Source: an uncultured Clostridia bacterium (GTDB lineage: Bacteria > Bacillota > Clostridia > Christensenellales > UBA1242). From it: a stretch of DNA of 54,766 nt. Under the pieces are notes generated by a model. The model was not told where the DNA came from, made no database searches, and was given only the letters and a program-made list of their open reading frames with translations. The stretch lies in the NCBI GenBank assembly GCA_947626175.1, contig CANQRE010000001.1:1-54766 (forward strand). The letters are read 5' to 3'. The first letter of the stretch is position 1; each line of letters begins with the position of its first letter. Both the position numbers and the translations under genes were made by a program. Below are positions 8,087 through 17,316 of the stretch, in pieces.

Positions 8087-9148
8087 TTAAATTACTTTTC
8101 CATTTGAAATTTTGATTATTTTTCCTTCGCAAAAACTTTCTTCTGTTGTTGACAAAAATGTTTGACATCGGCTTGTGAATTTTAACAACTTTTTTCTGCG
8201 AAGTGGGTCGAGTTCTGAAAAAACATCGTCCAAAATTAAGATTGGATATTCGCCCGTTCGTTTTTTTATTATTTCAAGCTCGGCAAGTTTGAGTGAAAGC
8301 GCAGCAGTTCGCTGTTGCCCTTGAGATCCAAAACTTTTGACTTCAACATCATCTAAGAATATGTCTATGTCGTCTCTGTGTGGGCCAAAAGTCGTGTAGC
8401 CAAGTTTAAAGTCCTTTTCAAAACTTTTTTCAAGTTTTTTGATATATTCTTCTTCGTTTTTGACTTCAATTCCCTTGTATTCAACTTTGAGTGTTTCACC
8501 ATTTGAAATAAACTTGTTTGCCGACATTGCAAAAGGCGCAATTTCTTCAACAAACTTTTTTCTTTCTTCGGCAATTTTTATTCCAGCAGCGGCAAGCGCC
8601 CTGTTCCAAATGTCAATTGTTTCCAAAATGACGGCTTTGTTTTGAGTGCTTTTCAAAAGTTTGTTTCGGTTGTCCAAAATTTTGTCATATCTTGAAAGCA
8701 AATAAAAATACTTTTTGTTTGTTTGCGAAATGTCAATGTTCATAAATCTTCGTCTTTCTTCAGGGCTTTCTTTGACCAATCGCATTTCATATGGCGAAAA
8801 TATAACAAGCGGCACTTCTCCAAGCACATCTCCAATTCGCCTGATGTTTAGCCCATCCATTTTGACAATTTTTTTGCCTTCTTTTTGAACTTGAACCTCA
8901 ATGGTTTTTTCGCGAATTTGATTTTTTGCCTTCAAAACAATTTTTGCGCTTTCCTTTCCGCCAAAAATCATTTCCTTTTCCCTGTTTGTTCGAAAACTTT
9001 TTCCAATGCAGCAAAAATATATTGCTTCCAACAAGTTTGTTTTTCCCTGTGCGTTTTTGCCGACCAAAGAGTTTATCTCTGGCGAGAAATCAAGGTCCAA
9101 AGATTGATAATTTCGAAAGTTTTTAAGCTTTATGTTTTCTATCTTCAT
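8087..9148 (-). CDS. recF: DNA replication and repair protein RecF
   Basis: 353 aa. Walker A GKNAQGKTNLLEAIYF, signature-like SQGQQRT, and Walker B ILILDDVFSELD. Confidence 0.9.
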   Translation of the reverse strand: MKIENIKLKNFRNYQSLDLDFSPEINSLVGKNAQGKTNLLEAIYFCCIGKSFRTNREKEMIFGGKESAKIVLKAKNQIREKTIEVQVQKEGKKIVKMDGLNIRRIGDVLGEVPLVIFSPYEMRLVKESPEERRRFMNIDISQTNKKYFYLLSRYDKILDNRNKLLKSTQNKAVILETIDIWNRALAAAGIKIAEERKKFVEEIAPFAMSANKFISNGETLKVEYKGIEVKNEEEYIKKLEKSFEKDFKLGYTTFGPHRDDIDIFLDDVEVKSFGSQGQQRTAALSLKLAELEIIKKRTGEYPILILDDVFSELDPLRRKKLLKFTSRCQTFLSTTEESFCEGKIIKISNGKVI

Positions 9149-9273
9149 TAGGATTATTATATCACAATTTTTTATAAAAGTCTTTTTTTATTCCCACAAA
9201 AATTTTTTTGCCTCTTTCCTTTTTGCTTGACTTAATTTGGCCCAACATGTAAAATTAAACTAAGGATTATATC

Positions 9274-10626
9274 ATGCAAGAAATAAACACTTTATGGAAT
9301 ATTGTGCTTGAAAAACTAAAGTTGTCGGTTGCCGACGTTTCTTTTGTTATGTGGTTTAAGCCACTGAAAGTTGTTGATCTAAATGACGACAACGTTTTAT
9401 ATCTTGCCACAAAATCCACTTTTGCAAAAAATCAAGTGCTGAAAAACTATTTCGACAGGTTGAAATCTGCTGTTGAAGAGGTTTTTGGCGACAATGTTGA
9501 AATTGAAATTTTGGATCCTTCTGAAGAAGTTGCCTACATTTCAAAAAATAATCCAAAAACCGCAATAAAGGATTTGGAAGCCAACAAGAATCCTTTCAAT
9601 CCAAAATACACTTTTGACAACTTTGTTGTTGGAAAGAGCAATCAAACAGCCTATGCTGCGGCAAGAGCGGTTGCCGAAAATCCTGGCAAAAGCTTTAATC
9701 CTTTGTTTATATACAGCGGTGTTGGGCTTGGAAAAACTCACCTTTTGCACGCAATTGGAAATTATATAAAGGAAACAAAGCCAAATTTAAAAATAAAATA
9801 TGTCACCTGCGAACAATTTACAAATGACTACATTGAATCATTGGGTTCTGCTGGAAAAACAAAAACATATTCGGAATTTCGTGACAAATATCGAAGCTGC
9901 GATGTTTTGATGGTTGACGACATTCAATTTATTTCCAAAAAAACAAGCACACAAGAAGAATTTTTTAACACCTTCAATGATCTTCATCAATTTGGAAAGC
10001 AAATCATCATTTCATCCGACCGCCCACCAAAGGAAATTGAAACATTGGAAGAAAGACTGCGTTCTCGCTTTACAATGGGGCTTATTCAAGACATGCAGCC
10101 ACCAGATTTTGAAACAAGGGTTGCTATCTTAAGAAAAAAATGTCAAATTGAAAAATATTCAATCAGTGACGAAGCAATTTCTTGCATTGCCGAACAAATC
10201 GATTCAAACGTTCGAGCTTTGGAAGGAATGCTTGCAAAAGTTTGTTTCCTTTCCGGCTTGCTTGGAAAAACAACCGCTGACCTAAGCGATGTGAGCGAAG
10301 CGTTCAACAACAAGTTTGAAGAAAAAAATCAATCGGGGTCAACTTCGGATCAAATCATTTCGGCAGTGTGTGAATATTTTTCGATTTCGCGCGAAGATAT
10401 GGTCGGAAAGAAAAAGAGCAAAGAAATTGTTGAGCCAAGAATGATCGCAATATATATGATCAGCGAAATGCTTGATCTTCCACTTGTTTCAATCGGAAAA
10501 ATCTTTGGCGGAAGAGATCACACAACAATTATGCACGCACGTGACAAAATTTCAAGTGAAGTGAAAACAAATAGAAAAATTCAAACCTTTGTCAGTGAAA
10601 TCAAAAAAATGTTGACAAGTGGATAA
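9274..10626 (+). CDS. dnaA: Chromosomal replication initiator DnaA
   Basis: 450 aa. AAA+ Walker A GVGLGKTHLLHAIGN, Walker B VLMVDDIQF, and the C-terminal DnaA-box-binding helix GGRDHTTIMHA. Confidence 0.97.
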   Translation: MQEINTLWNIVLEKLKLSVADVSFVMWFKPLKVVDLNDDNVLYLATKSTFAKNQVLKNYFDRLKSAVEEVFGDNVEIEILDPSEEVAYISKNNPKTAIKDLEANKNPFNPKYTFDNFVVGKSNQTAYAAARAVAENPGKSFNPLFIYSGVGLGKTHLLHAIGNYIKETKPNLKIKYVTCEQFTNDYIESLGSAGKTKTYSEFRDKYRSCDVLMVDDIQFISKKTSTQEEFFNTFNDLHQFGKQIIISSDRPPKEIETLEERLRSRFTMGLIQDMQPPDFETRVAILRKKCQIEKYSISDEAISCIAEQIDSNVRALEGMLAKVCFLSGLLGKTTADLSDVSEAFNNKFEEKNQSGSTSDQIISAVCEYFSISREDMVGKKKSKEIVEPRMIAIYMISEMLDLPLVSIGKIFGGRDHTTIMHARDKISSEVKTNRKIQTFVSEIKKMLTSG

Positions 10627-10830
10627 CTTGAATTTCAAAAAAACTTTTATTCCACAACTTGTCCACATTAAAAAATTCTATATATAGTGTCACAATCGAC
10701 AAAAAAGTGCAATATTTATGAAAAACAACCTTTCCAAAACAACTTATCCACTTTTGCACACAGCCTAATAATAAAGCTAATACTTAAATAAAAAAATAAT
10801 AATATCAAGTGCCCGCTTACGGGCGTTTAA
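10618..10830. other. Candidate oriC segment (DnaA-box cluster plus AT-rich unwinding tract)
   Basis: Near-consensus DnaA boxes: AGTGGATAA (10618-10626), TTGTCCACA (10659-10667) and TTATCCACT (10744-10752), each one mismatch from TTATCCACA. These are followed by an AT-rich tract at about 10765-10815. Confidence 0.55.
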
Positions 10831-10842
10831 GGAGGAAAAGAA

Positions 10843-11943
10843 ATGTTATTAAATTGTATGGGACTTGAGCTTTCAGATGCGTTCTTAAGAGTTAGTAAAG
10901 CGCTTTCAAACAAAGTGACAAATCCAATATTGGAAGGAATAAAAATTTCTGCTGAAGACGATGAACTGACATTAAGTGCAACTGACACAGATCTTTCAAT
11001 TGAAAAAAAGATCAAGGCTGAAGTCAAAGTTGAAGGTGAAACCGTCGTTCCAGGAAAGTTTATAACTGAGTTTGTGAAAAAACTTTCAAACTCGGACATT
11101 GAACTTGAAGTCAATGAAAAAAATCAGCTCTTCATCCGATATGACGGGAACGAAAGCATTATTCAATGCTATAATCCTGTTGAATATCCAGGATTTAGAA
11201 AAATCAAAACTGATGAATGGGTTGGCATAAGCCAAAAAGACCTTCGAACTCTTATCAGCAAAACGATTTTTTCAGTTGCTTTGGATGATTCAAGGCCAAT
11301 TTTAAAAGGTGTTTTGTTTGATATTGATCAAAAGGAAACAACGGCCGTTGCACTTGACGGATATCGTCTTGCAAGAGTCAAAAAAAAAGTTTCTGCAAAC
11401 ATCAAAAAGCAAATTGTTGTTCCAACAAGATCGCTAAATGAAATTTCAAAACTTTTGGACGACACTGACGATGTGATAAACATATACATTGATTCAAATG
11501 CAATCATGATTGACAACAATGACACAAAAATTATTTCAAGGCTTTTGGAAGGCGATTTTGTAAACTACAAACAAATCATTCCAATGAACTATGAAACATA
11601 TGTCATCGTAAACAAAGTTCAACTTGAAGATGCCCTTGAAAGAGTTTCGCTTTTAAGCAAAGTTGGACAAAACAACTTTGTCAAATTTGACATAAAAGAA
11701 AATTCACTTGTTTTGACATCAAACTCTGAAATTGGAAACATCAAAGAAAAAATTTCTGCATCACTAAACGGAAAAGATGTTGTTATTGCTTTCAATCCAA
11801 GATTTTTGCTTGAAAGCTTGAAAGCTCAAACAGATGAGTTTGTGAAGTTGTGCCTAAACACATCATCCAACCCTTGTGTGATTGTTCCAACTGAAGGCGA
11901 AGAATTTTTGTATTTGATTTTGCCAGTGAGAATGTTTGGATAA
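10843..11943 (+). CDS. dnaN: DNA polymerase III beta sliding clamp
   Basis: 366 aa directly downstream of dnaA, with an AAGGAGG RBS. The three-domain length and conserved segments (SRPILKGVLF, LDGYRLA, LILPVRM) fit DnaN. Confidence 0.93.
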   Translation: MLLNCMGLELSDAFLRVSKALSNKVTNPILEGIKISAEDDELTLSATDTDLSIEKKIKAEVKVEGETVVPGKFITEFVKKLSNSDIELEVNEKNQLFIRYDGNESIIQCYNPVEYPGFRKIKTDEWVGISQKDLRTLISKTIFSVALDDSRPILKGVLFDIDQKETTAVALDGYRLARVKKKVSANIKKQIVVPTRSLNEISKLLDDTDDVINIYIDSNAIMIDNNDTKIISRLLEGDFVNYKQIIPMNYETYVIVNKVQLEDALERVSLLSKVGQNNFVKFDIKENSLVLTSNSEIGNIKEKISASLNGKDVVIAFNPRFLLESLKAQTDEFVKLCLNTSSNPCVIVPTEGEEFLYLILPVRMFG

Positions 11944-11967
11944 AAACCGACAATAAGTCGGTTTTTT
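11943..11967 (+). terminator. Rho-independent terminator after dnaN
   Basis: AAAACCGAC-aataa-GTCGGTTTT followed by a T-run. Confidence 0.7.
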
Positions 11968-11981
11968 ATTTTAAATTAAAG

Positions 11982-12010
11982 TTGACAAAGAACAAAAAAT
12001 CCTTTATACT
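11982..12010 (+). promoter_or_regulatory. Sigma-70-type promoter of rpmH
   Basis: TTGACA, 17 nt, TATACT. Confidence 0.6.
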
Positions 12011-12043
12011 AATTTGGTTTAAACCAACAAGGAGGACAAACTG

Positions 12044-12178
12044 ATGAAAAGGACTTATCAACCAAAAAAAGCAAAAAGACAAAAAGTTCATGGCTTTAGG
12101 GAAAGAATGAGAACCAAAGGCGGAAGAAACGTTTTAAAACGCCGTCGTGCTCGCGGCAGAAAAGTTATTGCGGCGTAA
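12044..12178 (+). CDS. rpmH: 50S ribosomal protein L34 (below the ORF-track length cutoff)
   Basis: My own translation gives [44 protein letters not shown] (44 aa). GGAGG RBS. Lies immediately upstream of rnpA. Confidence 0.93.
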   Translation: MKRTYQPKKAKRQKVHGFRERMRTKGGRNVLKRRRARGRKVIAA

Positions 12179-12183
12179 GAAAT

Positions 12184-12495
12184 ATGGATCACCGACTGAA
12201 AAAAGAGAAACAATTTTCTTATATATTCAAAAAAGGGAAAAGAACATCTTGTCCCCTTTTTACTCTTTTTTCAGTTCCAAGCAAATTTGCTTGTTACAAA
12301 ATAGGATATTCAATTTCCAAAAAAGTTGGAAAGGCAAACAAAAGGAACAAACTAAAAAGACGTTTAAGAGAAATTGTCAGGACTTGTTCTTTGCCAAAGC
12401 CATATTTTAACTATGTTATTTTGGCAAGGCAAGGAGCGGCGGAACTTGATTATCAAACTCTCAAAAAACAAATCTGTGAATTGTTTGAAAGATGA
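12184..12495 (+). CDS. rnpA: RNase P protein component
   Basis: 103-aa basic protein with the conserved rpmH-rnpA-yidD-yidC synteny and an RLKKEKQFSYIFKKGKR N-terminus. Confidence 0.85.
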   Translation: MDHRLKKEKQFSYIFKKGKRTSCPLFTLFSVPSKFACYKIGYSISKKVGKANKRNKLKRRLREIVRTCSLPKPYFNYVILARQGAAELDYQTLKKQICELFER

Positions 12496-12758
12496 AAAAG
12501 CTTCTTCTTCCATTCAAATTTATCTTTTGTTTGCCGATTTATTTTTATAAATATCTTATCTCTCCCCTTCTTCCGCACGTTTGCAAATTTATTCCAAGCT
12601 GTTCAAATTATTTCATTGCAGCGGTCAAAGAGTTTGGCATATTCAAAGGTGGAGCTTTGGGAATAAAAAGGCTTGCAAAATGTGTTCCCGGAAGAAAAGA
12701 ACATGGCTTTGACCCTGTTCCAATAAATGTAAAAGGAGATTTTCGATGGCTACTTTAA
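12492..12758 (+). CDS. yidD: Membrane protein insertion efficiency factor YidD
   Basis: 88 aa with the YKYLISPLL...CKFIPSCSNY...GFDPVP signature. ATGA overlap with rnpA. Confidence 0.85.
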   Translation: MKKLLLPFKFIFCLPIYFYKYLISPLLPHVCKFIPSCSNYFIAAVKEFGIFKGGALGIKRLAKCVPGRKEHGFDPVPINVKGDFRWLL

Positions 12759-14161
12759 ACACGTTGTTGTCTGTTTCAGAGCCAAATGGCTTTTGGGAAA
12801 TAATTATCAAAGCGTTTGAAAATGGCGTTGGAAGCTATATTTTGGCAGTTGTTTTGATAACGCTTATTATCAGAATAATCTGGGCGCCGTTTGACACATT
12901 CAACAAAAAGATCAACAAAAAAAATGCGCGCATGCAAGCCAAAATGCAGCCAGAGCTTGAAAAGCTGAAAGCCAAATATGGCAACGACAAAAATTTGTTA
13001 AATCAAAAAACACAAGAGCTTTACAAGCGCAACAATTTTTCAATGGGCGGAAGTTGTGTGTTTATGCTTGTTTTTATGGCGTTAAACCTTACAATATTTT
13101 TCACATTGTTTTCGTCTTTAAACGCCATGGCGGATTTTAAGATAAGTCAGGAATATGACAATCTTAAATATAACTATGCCAATGTTTTGAATCTTTCAAA
13201 TCAGCAGTTTGACAAAGGCGACAATGCTATTTTTGAAAATTATGAAAACGTGACGTTTAAAATTGAAGATGAAAAACAAACAGATGAAAACGGCGAAGAA
13301 AAAACCGTTCAAATGTTGGTGGCTTTGCTTGATGAAAATGAAATTGGAAGAGTTGAATTTAAAAAGGACTTTTCATATAAAGCAAGCCAAGAAAAAAAGG
13401 ATGAAAATGGCTTGCCAATAACAAATGAAGATGGCTCAACACAAATGGAAGAAGTGACAATATCTTCCGACCAAGCCATTGTGGACATAATCAACAAACT
13501 TGTTGTTGACCAAAAAATCAAAGATGAAAACGGCGAAGAGATTTCGTCCCCTGCATACAAAGGTGGACAAGTTGTTTTGACACAAGAAGATGGAACGCAA
13601 GTAACTTTCAGCGATGCGATTAACAATTATTCTTCAAGATATATCAAAAATTGTTATGAAAACGCAGATGAAAAATCCGATTTTCTTTGGATTGCAAATT
13701 ATTGGGTTGCGGACAGCCCATTCAAAAGATCAATTTTCACTTATGATCAATTTGTGAGTGAAATTGGTGCAAAAAATGTGAGCGAGCAGGAAAAGACGAT
13801 ATACAATGCGTTTATGCCAAACCTTGACAAACAGGTTGGAAGAGTGAATGGCTACTTTATTCTTGCTGTTCTTAGCATTGCAATCAGCTTTTTGTCAATG
13901 TTCTTGTCAAACCTTGGAAACAAAAAGAAAGGCCTGCCAAAACAACCGGGCGGAAAAGTTATGCTTTTTGTTCTGCCAATAATCATGGGAATTTTTGCAA
14001 TTTTCTATAACTCAGTGTTTGCAATATATTTGGTTGTAAGCCAAGCAATAAGTGCAGCACTTGCCCCACTTGAAAACCTTATTATCAACAAATGGGATGC
14101 TCACGACGAAAAGAAACAAGAAGAAAAGCAAAAATCAGTTGTGTCATATCGCAGAAAATGA
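12746..14161 (+). CDS. yidC: YidC/Oxa1-family membrane insertase with a large extra-cytoplasmic insertion
   Basis: 471 aa. The conserved TM1-coiled-coil-TM2 core (RIIWAPF..., MQPELEKLKAKYGNDK..., ELYKRNNF) and FLWIANYW...DSPF are present. An acidic insert of about 200 aa sits between TM2 and TM3. Confidence 0.85.
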   Translation: MATLNTLLSVSEPNGFWEIIIKAFENGVGSYILAVVLITLIIRIIWAPFDTFNKKINKKNARMQAKMQPELEKLKAKYGNDKNLLNQKTQELYKRNNFSMGGSCVFMLVFMALNLTIFFTLFSSLNAMADFKISQEYDNLKYNYANVLNLSNQQFDKGDNAIFENYENVTFKIEDEKQTDENGEEKTVQMLVALLDENEIGRVEFKKDFSYKASQEKKDENGLPITNEDGSTQMEEVTISSDQAIVDIINKLVVDQKIKDENGEEISSPAYKGGQVVLTQEDGTQVTFSDAINNYSSRYIKNCYENADEKSDFLWIANYWVADSPFKRSIFTYDQFVSEIGAKNVSEQEKTIYNAFMPNLDKQVGRVNGYFILAVLSIAISFLSMFLSNLGNKKKGLPKQPGGKVMLFVLPIIMGIFAIFYNSVFAIYLVVSQAISAALAPLENLIINKWDAHDEKKQEEKQKSVVSYRRK

Positions 14162-14187
14162 TATAATTCTAACAAGGGGGATAAAAA

Positions 14188-14985
14188 ATGAATACAAGTG
14201 TGGAAGCGACAGGAAAAAATATCGAGCAAGCAATTGAAAACGCCCTTTTCGAATTGAAAGCTCCAAGAGAAGATGTCGACATAAAAATTTTAAGTGAAGG
14301 TGGCTTGTTCAAAAAAGCCAAAGTTGTTGTTTCAATTTCAGAAGATGTGATTGAAAAATATCAAAAGAAAGAAAAAAAGGCTGAAGAGCAAAAACCAGCC
14401 AAAGAAAATATCGCGATAGAAAAGCCGGCAAAAAAAGAACGCTCGGAAAGCAAAAAAGAACAAAAAAAAGAAAAGCCAAAACAGGCAGAAAAAAATGATG
14501 AGCCAAAGCAAGTTTTGCCAAAAGAAGAAAAGGCGGAAGGCCAAAGACCATCGGCAAGAGAGTTTGTTGAAGGACTTTTGAAAGCTTTAAACAAAAACGC
14601 TCAGGTCAGCGAAATTGAAGAAGACGATGTTGTTCGCATTGAAGTTGACGGCGACGACCTAAATGAACTTATTGGCTATCGCGGCGAAACAATGTTTGCC
14701 CTTTCGTTCATAATGACGTCCGTTTGCAAGCGAGCAGACAAGCGACAAATTTTGGACATTTGCTCTTATAGAGAAAAAAGAGCTGAATCGCTCAAAGCTC
14801 TTGCCAACAGAATGGCGCAAAAGGTTGTCAAAACAGGAAGATATCAAAAACTTGAACCTATGGATGCAAGCGAAAGAAGGCAAATTCACCTTGCTTTGCA
14901 AGACAATGACAAAGTGACAACTTTGTCCAAAGGCACCGAGCCAAAAAGATATGTTATGATTTTCCCAAGAGAATACAAGGAATAA
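14188..14985 (+). CDS. jag: Jag/KhpB RNA-binding protein (Jag_N, KH, R3H)
   Basis: 265 aa with an N-terminal Jag_N-like segment, a Lys/Glu-rich linker, and the C-terminal R3H motif SERRQIHLAL. Conserved position after yidC. Confidence 0.85.
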   Translation: MNTSVEATGKNIEQAIENALFELKAPREDVDIKILSEGGLFKKAKVVVSISEDVIEKYQKKEKKAEEQKPAKENIAIEKPAKKERSESKKEQKKEKPKQAEKNDEPKQVLPKEEKAEGQRPSAREFVEGLLKALNKNAQVSEIEEDDVVRIEVDGDDLNELIGYRGETMFALSFIMTSVCKRADKRQILDICSYREKRAESLKALANRMAQKVVKTGRYQKLEPMDASERRQIHLALQDNDKVTTLSKGTEPKRYVMIFPREYKE

Positions 14986-15062
14986 CAAGTCAACACAACA
15001 AGGAAAAAGAATAACAAGGAAAAACAACAAAGAAAACATATCAACAAGAGAAAAACATAAAC

Positions 15063-15097
15063 AAAAAAAACTGCGATTTGTTTCGCAGCTTTTTTTA
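15063..15097. terminator. Bidirectional terminator (jag / 15095-15892 gene)
   Basis: CTGCGA-tttgtt-TCGCAG with A8 on the left and T7 on the right. Confidence 0.7.
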
Positions 15098-15892
15098 TTT
15101 GTTTATTTCATCCCCTTCAACCTGATCAAAGAAATCGATTTGTTCAAATGTTTCGTTTTCGTTGTAAAATTTTTCGCTTTCATTTTTCTTTTCCAAAGAA
15201 GCAATTTCTTTCCAGTTTTTGTAATTGTCTGCACGAGATAGTGTTCCACGTTTAAGCAGTTTTAGTTCTTCTTCATCGCATCTTTCAAGAGCAATTTTTG
15301 TGCACTCACGCTGCAAAAGTTTGCTTAACAATGGTGTTTTCACATTAGGGTTAGAAAGAACGACTTGTGAAAGGGCGTCATGAACAGTGTAACCTGCGAG
15401 CGCCATTGTTTTTTCTGTTCCATCCAAGCATTGTTGTTTATTTGTCCAAATGTAGGAATAACCTCCAAACTTGACCGAAGGTGCGGTGTTGACAATCTTT
15501 TCAGTCACAGAGCCGTCATTATTTGCCTTCATTATCATAAGTTTGTCATCGCATGACTTTACGACTTTCGAGTTTGGGTCATATTCAGGGTGAAGTTCTA
15601 TGCGAAGATAATTTCTTACAAGGTCGAAGAAAGAATATGTAAGTTTGCCTTCTTTATCTACGGCGTAAATACGTCCATAAGGGTCATCATAATTATCATA
15701 TTTTGACAGCATAAAATATAAGTAATTGTTTTGGTGAAAGCCGTCATACACTTCACGAACACAGCGTCTGAAAAGTTCCAAGTTGCCGGTCATTTTTTCA
15801 TATGTCCCCAAGGTGAACGGATGAGCGTAGCACTCAACATCGCCATTTTCCAAGAAAGACGGCATATATTTTTCAAGTTCTTTTTGTTTCAT
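15095..15892 (-). CDS. Hypothetical cytoplasmic protein
   Basis: 265 aa counted from the ATG at 15892, which is preceded by AAAGGAGAAAA. The track ORF runs 67 codons further and would overlap the mnmE start. No motif I recognise. Confidence 0.6.
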   Translation of the reverse strand: MKQKELEKYMPSFLENGDVECYAHPFTLGTYEKMTGNLELFRRCVREVYDGFHQNNYLYFMLSKYDNYDDPYGRIYAVDKEGKLTYSFFDLVRNYLRIELHPEYDPNSKVVKSCDDKLMIMKANNDGSVTEKIVNTAPSVKFGGYSYIWTNKQQCLDGTEKTMALAGYTVHDALSQVVLSNPNVKTPLLSKLLQRECTKIALERCDEEELKLLKRGTLSRADNYKNWKEIASLEKKNESEKFYNENETFEQIDFFDQVEGDEINK

Positions 15893-15995
15893 AACAATTT
15901 TCTCCTTTGACAAAAATAGTATAACATAAAAGAATGAATTTTTCAAGATATGTTTTTTTGTTGAAAAAGAGAAAAAGTGTGATATAATTATTTTC

Positions 15996-17315
15996 ATGAA
16001 CACAACCATTGCGGCAATCTCCACCCCACTTGGCAAAGGGGCAATATCTATTGTGAGAATGAGCGGCGAAAATGCTTTAAAAATTGCGCTCAAGGTTTTT
16101 TCATGCAGCCAAAAAATCGAGCCGCGAAAAATGGTGCTTGGAAATTTAAATTTGGGACAAGGAAGCGAAAAGTGCTTGATGGTTTATTTTAAAGCGCCGT
16201 TTTCTTACACTGGCGAAGATGTTGTGGAGTTTCAAATTCATGGCGGAATCGTTGTCACAAGGCTTGCGCTTGAAAAACTTGTTGAAAATGGAGCAAAACT
16301 GGCTGAGCCGGGAGAATTTACAAAGCGTGCTTTTGAAAATGGCAAAATTTCGCTTGACGAGGCGGAGGCTGTTGTAAATGAAATAAACAGTGAAAGCGAA
16401 GCACAACTTAAAATTGCTTTGTCTTCTGCCAGCGGAAAGCTTTTGAAACAAACAAAAAAACTGCAAAACAATTTGACCGAACTTTTGGCGGAAATTGAAG
16501 TGAGCATGGATTATCCTGAAGAAGACGAAAACGAAATTGTCAGGGATAAAATTTTTTCAGTGCTTAAACAAACTCAAAACGAAATTGACCAAACAATCAC
16601 AAATGCCGAAAGTTTGCGCTTTGCAAAAAATGGAGTCAATGTTGCTTTGGTTGGCAAAACAAACGTTGGCAAAAGCAGCCTTCTTAACGCGTTAATTGGC
16701 GAAGAAAAAGCGATTGTAACATCCACAAAAGGAACAACGCGAGATGTTGTTGAAGCAAGTTGTGACATTGAAGGCGTGCGATTTAATTTTTATGACACTG
16801 CTGGAATAAGAGAAAGCAAAAACGCCATTGAAAAAATTGGAATTGAAAAAAGCAAAAAATTTTTGGCGGAAAGCGATGTTGTTTTGTTTGTCGTTGACGG
16901 CTCAGCCGACTTGGATGACGATGACAAAAACGTGTTAAAACTTTTGAAAAAGCCTTATTTTGTTGTTGTTAACAAATGTGACAAGCAAAGGCATTTAAAA
17001 AAGCAGCAAAACGAAATTGAAGTTTCAGCTCTCACAGGGCAAAATATTGAAAAACTCAAAAAAACAATTTTTGATTCAGTGATAAAGGACGAGATTGACT
17101 TTTCTTCATCTATTGTTGGAAACGAAAGACAGCTTGATCATTTGAAAAACGCAAGCAAACAGATAAAAAGCTTTTTCAGGCACAAAAATGAAAGTTTGGA
17201 AATTTTGTCAATGCTGATAAAATCAATTTGGAACGAACTTGGAAAAATAACAGGCGAAACAGAAAATGAAGACATTATTTCAATGATTTTTTCAAAGTTC
17301 TGCGTGGGAAAATAA
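15996..17315 (+). CDS. mnmE: tRNA modification GTPase MnmE
   Basis: 439 aa. N-terminal IAAISTP, G-domain GKTNVGKSSLLN ... DTAGIR ... NKCD, and the C-terminal FCVGK. Confidence 0.95.
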   Translation: MNTTIAAISTPLGKGAISIVRMSGENALKIALKVFSCSQKIEPRKMVLGNLNLGQGSEKCLMVYFKAPFSYTGEDVVEFQIHGGIVVTRLALEKLVENGAKLAEPGEFTKRAFENGKISLDEAEAVVNEINSESEAQLKIALSSASGKLLKQTKKLQNNLTELLAEIEVSMDYPEEDENEIVRDKIFSVLKQTQNEIDQTITNAESLRFAKNGVNVALVGKTNVGKSSLLNALIGEEKAIVTSTKGTTRDVVEASCDIEGVRFNFYDTAGIRESKNAIEKIGIEKSKKFLAESDVVLFVVDGSADLDDDDKNVLKLLKKPYFVVVNKCDKQRHLKKQQNEIEVSALTGQNIEKLKKTIFDSVIKDEIDFSSSIVGNERQLDHLKNASKQIKSFFRHKNESLEILSMLIKSIWNELGKITGETENEDIISMIFSKFCVGK

Positions 17316-17316
17316 A

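Noticed and set aside
14309-14594. Three overlapping minus-strand ORFs rich in Phe/Leu opposite the jag linker
   Set aside because: These are mirror images of the Lys/Glu-rich (AAA/GAA) low-complexity coding region of jag.
15893-16093. Upstream extension of the 15095-15892 ORF that would overlap the mnmE start
   Set aside because: The internal ATG at 15892 has a strong RBS. The extension is hydrophobic nonsense spanning the divergent promoter region and mnmE codons.
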